This document shows positions 17,751-24,438 of a stretch of 24,666 nt of DNA, one piece after another. A program made the position numbers and the translations under genes. Below the pieces are notes generated by a model that was not told where the DNA came from, did no database searches, and saw only the letters and a list, made by a program, of their open reading frames with translations. The stretch is taken from IMG/VR virus record IMGVR_UViG_3300039441_000235, positions 1-24,666 of that record; one strand, written 5' to 3'. This DNA comes from a virus (lineage: Duplodnaviria > Caudoviricetes). The number at the start of each line of letters is the position of its first letter. Positions within the stretch are counted from its first letter, which is position 1.

Positions 17751-19157
17751 ATGGCAACTTCAAACGACTTCCTACCTTTCGCGGTAGGTGGCGGCGCAAA
17801 CGTGTTGACGCAGGCCCAGTATGCGGCGTTGGCTTCACTGCTTGCGAATGGCTTCTCTGCGGGCGTGGCGCCTTCCGTGCAACTCAACAAGGTCTGGCGT
17901 CAATCGAGCATCATGGCCGCCGTGCTGGGTCAGTTCGCGGCAGACTATTCCGGCCAGAACTCGGTCGACGATGGCACGACCGCGACGCTTGAGGCCAACC
18001 TGGTGGCAGCCATCCGCAGCGCCACGAAGACCGGTGTCGTGCTGGCCGACACGGGCGCCGCGAATGCCTACACGGCAACGAACGTCCCGGCGCTTGTCGG
18101 CGGCGCGTCTGCTACCTGGGTGAACGGCGTTGTACAGCAGGTGAATATTGCCCACGCCAATACGGGGCCGTCGACCTATGCGCCGGATGGCTTGCCTGCG
18201 ATCCCGATCTTTGGGCTTGGCCTGCAGCCACTGCAAGGCGGAGAGCTTGCCGTCGGCGGCACTGCCGTGATGATGAAGGCCACGATTGCTGGTGTGAACA
18301 GCGGAAATCCAATTTGTGTGCTGATGGAGTGTGCGGGTGGGGCACAGCAATCCGCCCCCGCCACGCAGAGCCAGCATGCAACACCGCTCGGCCAATTGTT
18401 CCCATCAGTTTCGGCATCGGTGGCGTCAAATGCTCTGACTCTCTCGCTGGCCGGTCCGACTGCACTTCCGTTCCGAAACCCGACGCTGACGAACGGAGCC
18501 CCTGTCGTCGGTCCGATTCCGTCGACGCTTTCGCTGACGGTGCCGTCTGGGGCCACGCTCGGAACGGTGCCAAGCCAGCAAGCGACGCTTGTGCTGCTGG
18601 TTGCGTACAACGCTGGATCGCCAGTGCTGTGTGTTGCGAACTTGGCGGGCGGCCTGGTGCTCGATGAAACTAACCTCATTAGCCCGACGGCGATCAGCAG
18701 TGGCGCAACGTCAGCCAGCACGATCTATTCGGCTTCGGCGGTCGCAGCGAATAGCGCGTACCGCATCGTCGGTATGGTGCTGATCTCCGAAGCGAACGCC
18801 GGGACGTGGGCGACTGCACCGACGTTGGTGCAGGGTGCTGGCGGACAAGCATTGTCCGCACTCTCGAGCATCGGTTATGAGCAGACTTGGCAGAACATGT
18901 CGAGTACGCGATTAACTGGCACCACCTACTACAACACGACCGGACGACCAATCTTGGTCAACGTTACGATCGGCTGTACAAGCGGGACGGGTGGGCAGGC
19001 CACACTCACTATCAACGGCGTCCAATCGAACGGCTCGGCCGTGAGTAATGCGGGTTATGCGTCGTTTGTGTCCGGTATCGTCCCTCCTGGCGGAAGCTAT
19101 GTGGTTTCTGCTTCCGGTGGCCCGAACGGTATCAACGCTTGGAACGAATTGCGCTAA
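17751..19157 (+). CDS. Tail fibre protein
   Basis: N-terminal NDFLPFA.GGGANV...LNKVWRQ baseplate anchor and C-terminal QTWQ...TYYNTTGRPI...IVPPG..Y...W.ELR tip domain. Confidence 0.85.
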   Translation: MATSNDFLPFAVGGGANVLTQAQYAALASLLANGFSAGVAPSVQLNKVWRQSSIMAAVLGQFAADYSGQNSVDDGTTATLEANLVAAIRSATKTGVVLADTGAANAYTATNVPALVGGASATWVNGVVQQVNIAHANTGPSTYAPDGLPAIPIFGLGLQPLQGGELAVGGTAVMMKATIAGVNSGNPICVLMECAGGAQQSAPATQSQHATPLGQLFPSVSASVASNALTLSLAGPTALPFRNPTLTNGAPVVGPIPSTLSLTVPSGATLGTVPSQQATLVLLVAYNAGSPVLCVANLAGGLVLDETNLISPTAISSGATSASTIYSASAVAANSAYRIVGMVLISEANAGTWATAPTLVQGAGGQALSALSSIGYEQTWQNMSSTRLTGTTYYNTTGRPILVNVTIGCTSGTGGQATLTINGVQSNGSAVSNAGYASFVSGIVPPGGSYVVSASGGPNGINAWNELR

Positions 19158-19169
19158 TAAGGAACGCAC

Positions 19170-19670
19170 ATGCCATATTTTCAAGACGCGCAGGGCGGCT
19201 TGCACTATCTCAGTGATACGGATCTCGCGAACGGCGGCGATTTGTTGCTTCCCGCTGGCTGCGCATTGATCACTGACGCTCAGGCGGAAGCAATCCAGAA
19301 CCCGCCGCTGACGCTCGCGCAGGCGCAGGCCGCACAGAGCGCTATGCTCTACACAGCGTGCCAGTCTGCAATTTCGAGTGGATTCCAATCGAGTGCGCTC
19401 GGCACGGCCAATAGCTACCCGAGCACCCTGACGGATCAGGCCAACCAGAACGCCATCGCGAGCTGCGCTTCGGGTGGATCACTGTGGTGCGAGTCGGGCG
19501 GTACGTGGGCGATGAAGCTGCACACGCAAGAGCAGGCGCAAGCCGTCGTCGCAAGCTTTGTGGGCTGGCTCAACGTCTGTCAGCAGCAACTCGCGACGCT
19601 CAATGCCAACGTCAACACTGCAACGACTGCAGCGGCCGCACGGGCAGTCAAATGGACGGCACCGGCATAA
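19170..19670 (+). CDS. Tail fibre assembly/chaperone protein (DUF4376-like C-terminus)
   Basis: RBS TAAGGA; LPAGC..ITD..A and GFQSSALG...YPS...DQAN...HT..Q motifs; follows the fibre gene. Confidence 0.7.
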   Translation: MPYFQDAQGGLHYLSDTDLANGGDLLLPAGCALITDAQAEAIQNPPLTLAQAQAAQSAMLYTACQSAISSGFQSSALGTANSYPSTLTDQANQNAIASCASGGSLWCESGGTWAMKLHTQEQAQAVVASFVGWLNVCQQQLATLNANVNTATTAAAARAVKWTAPA

Positions 19671-19703
19671 CGGCCATTTCTGACCGATAACCGGATTTCC
19701 GAA

Positions 19704-20426
19704 TCAGCATGATGGAGCCGTCTTATCGATCCTGAAGGTTTTACCGTGAATTTCGACGGTTAGGTTGTCGTGCACACCGCCGTCGAATGCGCGGTAGATG
19801 CGATCGAACTCCTCGCGTGTGACAGCCTGGTCAAGCTTGCACATAGCCTTGAGATCAGCGCGAGATCGCTTCTTGCCTCCCCAGCTCACTTCGATCGGCG
19901 TGAGGCGCTCGCCTCGTTGTAGCTTGGGGCCAATCCGCTCAAGAATCAGGAAGGCTGCTTCGTTGGCTCTGGCTAGCAACTGAAAGGGGCTATCGGTGTA
20001 TGTGGTGTCGAACAACTCCACATCAACGATGGCGCCTTCATCAACTCGCTCAGTCATCAGATGGCACGTTGCGCCGTACTCCGACACGCCATCGTAGGCG
20101 GCCCAATGGTGAGGATCGCGCCCGGGGTAGTTCGGAGAGGCTGAGTGGATGTTATAGGCGCGCCCATGGTAGCGGTCGAGGATTTCGCGCGGGACGATGA
20201 TCGAGTGCGAGAAGCAGAGCAGGGTATTGCCGCCCGCGATAGCGAGGCTTTCCAGATCGCGCACGACCGTGCACTGATCACCGCCGAGGGAGTTGAGTGA
20301 TCGAGCGCAATCGTCGTCGCCCATGTTGGTGAGAAGGACAATGCCATTGGTTTCGCGGCTGCCTTCGAGGCGTCGCATACCCTCAATGGATTCACCTTCT
20401 CTGATCGGCGTCAACAGGAGGGTCAT
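19704..20426 (-). CDS. Formyltransferase family protein (N10-formyl-THF-dependent fold)
   Basis: IIVP.EIL, the catalytic N-x-H (YNIH..SP.YPG) and GATCH.M..RVDEGAIV with the catalytic Asp. Confidence 0.85.
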   Translation of the reverse strand: MTLLLTPIREGESIEGMRRLEGSRETNGIVLLTNMGDDDCARSLNSLGGDQCTVVRDLESLAIAGGNTLLCFSHSIIVPREILDRYHGRAYNIHSASPNYPGRDPHHWAAYDGVSEYGATCHLMTERVDEGAIVDVELFDTTYTDSPFQLLARANEAAFLILERIGPKLQRGERLTPIEVSWGGKKRSRADLKAMCKLDQAVTREEFDRIYRAFDGGVHDNLTVEIHGKTFRIDKTAPSC

Positions 20427-20836
20427 TTTGGAGTTGCTCCGGTCCCGAACTTGGCAGATGACTCGCTTCGCTTAGCCAATATTTTTCTCTCGAAGTCGGT
20501 TGTTGGCCCACTTCGTTTCCGCTCATCAAAGCCTATAGCCCACGACTTGTAGGCTTGGCTGCCGATTGGGTGAGGGTTCTCTGGGGGCGGAAGATACAAA
20601 TATAGTTCTGCGGCAAAAGCGGCATCTAAACCGGCGTTATAGGCAGCCCTATGGCGTGGCAGATCGGTGCGGAAAGCGTCGTAGATCAGAGACGCCAAAC
20701 TACGGGTTCCATGTATAAGCGAAAGGGCTATTCGCTTTCCCAGATGAGTAAGTGAAAGGATCGCGCGCTTTGCTGGGCGGGGAACGACTCGACGTGGAAC
20801 GAACAGAATTGCCCGAATGAGTATTTGCGTTGTCAT
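20423..20836 (-). CDS. Hypothetical moron protein with an Rmf/CrpP-like motif
   Basis: ATGA overlap with the formyltransferase start; motif AYxxGxxA...NPH....xxWxxGF; AT-richer than its flanks. Confidence 0.6.
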   Translation of the reverse strand: MTTQILIRAILFVPRRVVPRPAKRAILSLTHLGKRIALSLIHGTRSLASLIYDAFRTDLPRHRAAYNAGLDAAFAAELYLYLPPPENPHPIGSQAYKSWAIGFDERKRSGPTTDFERKILAKRSESSAKFGTGATPK

Positions 20837-20868
20837 ATTCTTTTTGGTGTGCTGCTCAATCGCGCTGA

Positions 20869-20874
20869 ATTATA
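20869..20874 (-). promoter_or_regulatory. Putative sigma70 -10 element for the moron operon
   Basis: Perfect TATAAT on the - strand 32 nt upstream of ATG 20836; no convincing -35. Confidence 0.45.
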
Positions 20875-20969
20875 CCCGGCGCGGTACGGGCGACCGGAGG
20901 CCTAGCGATATGGCTCACGCTGACGTCACGGTTCCATAACGACCAGTCCTGTTTATCAATGTCTTCAAT

Positions 20970-20996
20970 GCCCGCCTCGAGCGGGCTTTTTCATTT
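20970..20996 (+). terminator. Intrinsic terminator-like hairpin before the holin gene
   Basis: GCCCGC-CTCGA-GCGGGC followed by TTTTTCATTT. Confidence 0.7.
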
Positions 20997-21007
20997 CCGG
21001 GGGCCAA

Positions 21008-21409
21008 ATGGCAGCAGAACCAATCACTACCGGCCTCGCTGGGGCTGGCGGCTGGAAACTTCTCACGGGCGTGGCCGGCGCCGGCGCCATAGGCGCGGGC
21101 CTTGCGGCCATCGTCGTGATGTGCACCACCAGGCCTCGAAGCGACTCCGAATGGGCTGTCGCATTGATCAGCACTGGCGTCGGCTCGATCTGCGGGTGTG
21201 CCGCCGTCGTCATGAAGCTCGGGCTTCAGTCCTGGATGCAGGACTACGTGGGGCTGGTTGCGCTCGGTGGCCTGTTCTTCGCTTGTGGGCTCCCTGCGTG
21301 GGCGGTGGTCCGCTGGCTGTTCAACTTCATCGAGAAGCGCAGGGACAAGGACCTGGCGGATGTGGTCGGGGACGTGCGTGATGCGGTGGCGGGGGCGAAG
21401 AATGGCTGA
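21008..21409 (+). CDS. Putative holin
   Basis: About three hydrophobic segments and a charged C-terminus; overlaps the endolysin start. Confidence 0.7.
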   Translation: MAAEPITTGLAGAGGWKLLTGVAGAGAIGAGLAAIVVMCTTRPRSDSEWAVALISTGVGSICGCAAVVMKLGLQSWMQDYVGLVALGGLFFACGLPAWAVVRWLFNFIEKRRDKDLADVVGDVRDAVAGAKNG

Positions 21410-21890
21410 GTCGACTATCGCCCGCAAGGGGCTGCTCGCCATCGTCGGCGCCGCAGCTGCTGCCTCACTAATGATCCTAGTACCGAGGAACGAGGGCACC
21501 GTCTACAAGACCTATCGCGATATCGGTGGCGTGTTGACCTACTGCACCGGCGCGACCGAGAACGCCCAGGCTGGCAAGACATACACCCCGGCTGAGTGCC
21601 AGGCGCAGCTCGACAAGGATCTGGCCAGCCACGCCGCAGGTATCGCCAGGTGCGTGCCCATGGACAAGCTGACCGATGGGCAGAAGGTCGCCTTTGTCGA
21701 CACGGCCTACAACATCGGCGTCGGCGCGTTCTGCGGCAGCAGCATGGCACGTAAGGCCAACGCCGGAGACTTGGCCGGCGCGTGTGCCGCGCTGTCGCTG
21801 TGGATCAACGTCAATGGCAAGCCCGTCCAGGGCCTGATCAACCGTCGGGCGCTGGCCCGGGAGTTCTGCGAAGGCAAGCGCCCCGTCTGA
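21402..21890 (+). CDS. SAR endolysin, GH24 (T4 lysozyme-like)
   Basis: Ala/Gly-rich N-terminal SAR helix, then the E-x8-D-x5-T triad (EGTVYKTYRDIGGVLT), AYNIG and GLINRR. Confidence 0.9.
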   Translation: MAESTIARKGLLAIVGAAAAASLMILVPRNEGTVYKTYRDIGGVLTYCTGATENAQAGKTYTPAECQAQLDKDLASHAAGIARCVPMDKLTDGQKVAFVDTAYNIGVGAFCGSSMARKANAGDLAGACAALSLWINVNGKPVQGLINRRALAREFCEGKRPV

Positions 21891-21910
21891 CTTTCCCCGA
21901 TTCCCACCAA

Positions 21911-21940
21911 GGCCCCGCCGCGCGCGGGGCTTTTGCTTTT
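21911..21940 (+). terminator. Intrinsic terminator-like hairpin after the endolysin gene
   Basis: GCCCCGC-CGCGC-GCGGGGC followed by TTTTGCTTTT. Confidence 0.7.
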
Positions 21941-21952
21941 CTGGAGGGCCAC

Positions 21953-22444
21953 ATGGCCGTCACCGATACCCACGAAGAGAAAGAGACGCTGGCCGTCGAC
22001 GTGCTTCTGCCTGGCCACGAGGTGCGTACCACCACACCGCTGTTCCTGCATTCGAAGAAGGCGCTTATCGCGCGCGAGGGCGGGCGCTGCTACATCTGCG
22101 GGAAGACGGTCGAGCAGTCAGGCCATCCGCTTGAGGCGCACCACCACCCGATCGAGCGGTCGCTGGCCAACATGATCGACTGGGCCAGCGTGACCGAGTT
22201 CGCCAAATCCGGCGCGCTGGGCCCGCATGCCGCGGCATTCAACTGGGATGCTTTCGATCCGGCCGACCCGTATGCCTTTGTAGACGACATGACGGTGAAC
22301 GGGCTGCTGCTCTGCAAGACACACCACACCGGCAAGGACGCCGGCATCCACGATATGCCTTTCCCGCTCTGGATTGCCCAGAAGTATGCGCGCGAAGGCT
22401 ACCAGTTCAGCCCCACGGAGGTGATCCACCATGCTGATTCTTGA
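21953..22444 (+). CDS. Zn-binding HNH-like protein
   Basis: RBS GGAGGG; CYIC...LEAHH...N.LLLCKTHH...GIH pattern. Confidence 0.7.
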   Translation: MAVTDTHEEKETLAVDVLLPGHEVRTTTPLFLHSKKALIAREGGRCYICGKTVEQSGHPLEAHHHPIERSLANMIDWASVTEFAKSGALGPHAAAFNWDAFDPADPYAFVDDMTVNGLLLCKTHHTGKDAGIHDMPFPLWIAQKYAREGYQFSPTEVIHHADS

Positions 22445-23003
22445 AGCCATCGGCGCCGCGCTGAAGGCCATCTTCGCGACGCCCGAGCGCATCTTCATTG
22501 CGGCAGTGTTGATCGTCCTGGCGTTGGCCGGCGGGGCGGTGCTGACCTATCGGCTCGAGCGCGACACTGCGCGGAATGAACTAGCGCAGGCGCGGCTGGA
22601 TGCCGCGCGCGCCCAAGTCAAGGCGGTGGATGACGCCCGCCTTGAGGAGCAACGCCGCATTGCGGCACAAACGGAGATTGCCAATGCTGCAACGAAAGAA
22701 GCTGAATCTGCTCGTGCTGATGCTCGTGCCGCTGGGGCTGTTGCTGACCAGCTGCGCGCCCGTGTTGCCGAGCTTGCCCGTCGACCCGCCAGTCCCGGCA
22801 ATTCCGCCGCTGCCGCCGGCGGCGCGGCAGCCGGCGATCCCCTTGGAGTGCTTGCCGACGTGCTCAGCCGGGCTGACCGGCGCGCGGGCGTCCTGGCTGA
22901 ATACGCTGACACCGCCCGAATCGCCGGCAAAGCCTGCGAGCGGGCCTACGATTCCCTGACGTCAGTTCAGGATCCTGGTCCTCGTCTTACAAGGCCGAAG
23001 TAG
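22431..23003 (+). CDS. Rz: i-spanin (Rz-like, DUF2514-like)
   Basis: RBS GGAGG; N-terminal TM helix, coiled coil, and C-terminal AEYAD.ARIAG.ACERAYD. Confidence 0.85.
   Translation: MLILEAIGAALKAIFATPERIFIAAVLIVLALAGGAVLTYRLERDTARNELAQARLDAARAQVKAVDDARLEEQRRIAAQTEIANAATKEAESARADARAAGAVADQLRARVAELARRPASPGNSAAAAGGAAAGDPLGVLADVLSRADRRAGVLAEYADTARIAGKACERAYDSLTSVQDPGPRLTRPK
22684..22959 (+). CDS. Rz1: o-spanin lipoprotein embedded in the +1 frame of Rz
   Basis: GGAG RBS; signal peptide MLQRKKLNLLVLMLVPLGLLLTS-C with lipobox; Pro-rich mature part. Confidence 0.85.
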   Translation: MLQRKKLNLLVLMLVPLGLLLTSCAPVLPSLPVDPPVPAIPPLPPAARQPAIPLECLPTCSAGLTGARASWLNTLTPPESPAKPASGPTIP

Positions 23004-23694
23004 CTTCAACCCCGCGATCCACGTCGTACCTTGCGCGCTGGCAAAGTTGAGAGGGGAAGCCCATGTTGCGAACCCATGCTTGTATTAGCATCGTCTTGTT
23101 ATCTGCCGCCCCGCGAATGTCGGTGAGGAAGTGATCAACATTATTGGCGTTGCCGGTTTTGTCAGCCCAAGCGCGAAGTTCATCCGTATGCGTCTGGGAT
23201 CTGACGGCGAACTGTGAAATAGCCGAAAGCTGAAGGATGTTCCGGTGCTGGCCATGATGGTTCAGACTGTCAAGCATCCCTATGTTTCGCGAAAGATCCT
23301 GATTCCAATGTGAGGCGCTCTCATTCGGAAAGAACTTCTGCTCTTCCGGAATGATCCACAAGTGTTCCATGGTGTTCTCGAAAGTGATCAGATCCTCGAT
23401 GAGTGTTTGAGGTGTTTGATCACGCGAGGTCAGGCGCGTAACTCCTTCAAGAAGGGCTCTTTTTAGATGCAGGAGCTCATGGGTTAAGGTGTAGGGGGAG
23501 ATGTCGTCCACATAGTTGACCATTAGTGCCCAGGCTCCGCGATTCAGGTCAATAACAGCGGACGCGAGGCCTTGCTCTGCGACGTTTTGCGCGTGGGCTG
23601 GCTGAACGATGATCTGGGAGTTGCTTCGGTGCTCTATTTCTGCGACTACGGTGTGCAGTTCGCCTGGAAGTAGGGTGAGGTATTTGGCTTCCAT
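22987..23694 (-). CDS. Hypothetical protein with HEXXH zinc-metallopeptidase motif
   Basis: Long AT-richer ORF with THELLH at 23467-23484 and a downstream EH. The likely start MEAKYL (23694) is 10 nt past the upstream gene's stop. Confidence 0.7.
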   Translation of the reverse strand: MEAKYLTLLPGELHTVVAEIEHRSNSQIIVQPAHAQNVAEQGLASAVIDLNRGAWALMVNYVDDISPYTLTHELLHLKRALLEGVTRLTSRDQTPQTLIEDLITFENTMEHLWIIPEEQKFFPNESASHWNQDLSRNIGMLDSLNHHGQHRNILQLSAISQFAVRSQTHTDELRAWADKTGNANNVDHFLTDIRGAADNKTMLIQAWVRNMGFPSQLCQRARYDVDRGVEATSAL

Positions 23695-23704
23695 ATCCTG
23701 TTTA

Positions 23705-24004
23705 TCAGATCGAATGGTCGACGTGCTCGGCGCGCGTAGCAGACCAATAGTAGTGCGAATGACGGCCGTGCCGCACCTTTCTGCGCTCAACCGAGAACTG
23801 GATCAAACCAAGCTCGCCGACCTCTGCGATCACGGCTGCCGTGGCCGGCCCAATGGCAGTGGGCGGCGGTAGTGTCTGGAGAGCTGCCGCGACGAGGCTG
23901 CCCGGCACACGATCAAGAATGCCGTTCTCGCTCGTCGCGCTAGCTACGCGCGACTGGTCGCCGGTAGGGATGTGGCACCGGCTGGCCAGTTTGCTGTTGC
24001 CCAT
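23705..24004 (-). CDS. Small SOS-regulated hypothetical protein
   Basis: 99 aa; ATG lies 16 nt downstream of the LexA box core; ENGIL.RVPG and RHGR.SH.YW.A..AE segments look protein-like. Confidence 0.65.
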   Translation of the reverse strand: MGNSKLASRCHIPTGDQSRVASATSENGILDRVPGSLVAAALQTLPPPTAIGPATAAVIAEVGELGLIQFSVERRKVRHGRHSHYYWSATRAEHVDHSI

Positions 24005-24018
24005 GGTGTGCTCGCGAA

Positions 24019-24038
24019 TACTGTATATCCATACAGTA
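24019..24038. promoter_or_regulatory. LexA (SOS) box
   Basis: TACTGTATATCCATACAGTA matches the consensus TACTGTATATATATACAGTA at 18/20 and overlaps a GATACT -10 candidate on the - strand. Confidence 0.9.
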
Positions 24039-24082
24039 TCACGCCGGCGCGAGTCGGATTCTGCAGGTGCAGCAGCGCCGGC

Positions 24083-24119
24083 AAAAAAAGACGGCGCCTC
24101 GGGGGAAACCGGGCGCCGT
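24083..24119 (-). terminator. Intrinsic terminator
   Basis: On the - strand: ACGGCGCC-CGGTTTCCCCCGA-GGCGCCGT-C-TTTTTTT. Confidence 0.8.
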
Positions 24120-24155
24120 GATCGGGAATGTCGAGAGGGGTCAAATCAACTCGAT
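24083..24155 (-). ncRNA. Candidate ~73-nt small RNA
   Basis: Lies between a TTGCCG-N17-GAGAAT promoter and a strong terminator; forms two hairpins with C-rich loops; contains no complete ORF. Confidence 0.5.
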
Positions 24156-24161
24156 GGGAAG

Positions 24162-24190
24162 ATTCTCCGCGAGGTTGAATGCGGCGGCAA
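24162..24190 (-). promoter_or_regulatory. Putative sigma70 promoter of the sRNA
   Basis: TTGCCG (24185-24190), 17-nt spacer, GAGAAT (24162-24167), with an A at 24155 as predicted +1. Confidence 0.5.
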
Positions 24191-24438
24191 TACCACTTTT
24201 GTTGGGCTCAAGAAATCGGTGGTTTAGCCGCTCGCAGCCTCATCCGAAGGCCAGCGGCCCCAGCAGCCGTTACTTAGGATGAAATGACCTTACGTCCATT
24301 AGGTGTATTCGTTGTCTTTGATCAAGTGGCGTATACGCCATCCCCTGGAGAATGAGCTAGCCGTGCAGTGGCTATGTCTCTTGGCGGCGCATCGATGTGT
24401 GCCTGCCTCTAATTAGGAATTAAGTCCCGCTGTCATCC

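Noticed and set aside
8119-19670. Stand-alone tailocin or extracellular contractile injection system
   Set aside because: Intact terminase, portal and capsid genes are present, so this is a phage morphogenesis region.
19704-20426. Housekeeping fmt or purN
   Set aside because: It is too short for Fmt (no OB-fold C-terminal domain), lacks the PurN N-terminal SGxGSN loop, and has the HPSLLP motif diverged to HSASP.
17751-20900. Diversity-generating retroelement or invertible tail-fibre switch
   Set aside because: No reverse transcriptase, invertase, template repeat or flanking inverted repeats are visible in the window.
23841-24282. Plus-strand ORFs 23841-24227 and 24067-24282, and minus-strand ORF 23944-24144
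   Set aside because: They run across the LexA box and/or the terminator and sRNA candidate, lack an RBS and do not look protein-like.
24347-24360. Minigene GGAG-A-ATG-AGC-TAG
   Set aside because: An SD-ATG spacing of 1 nt is implausible and there is no other support.
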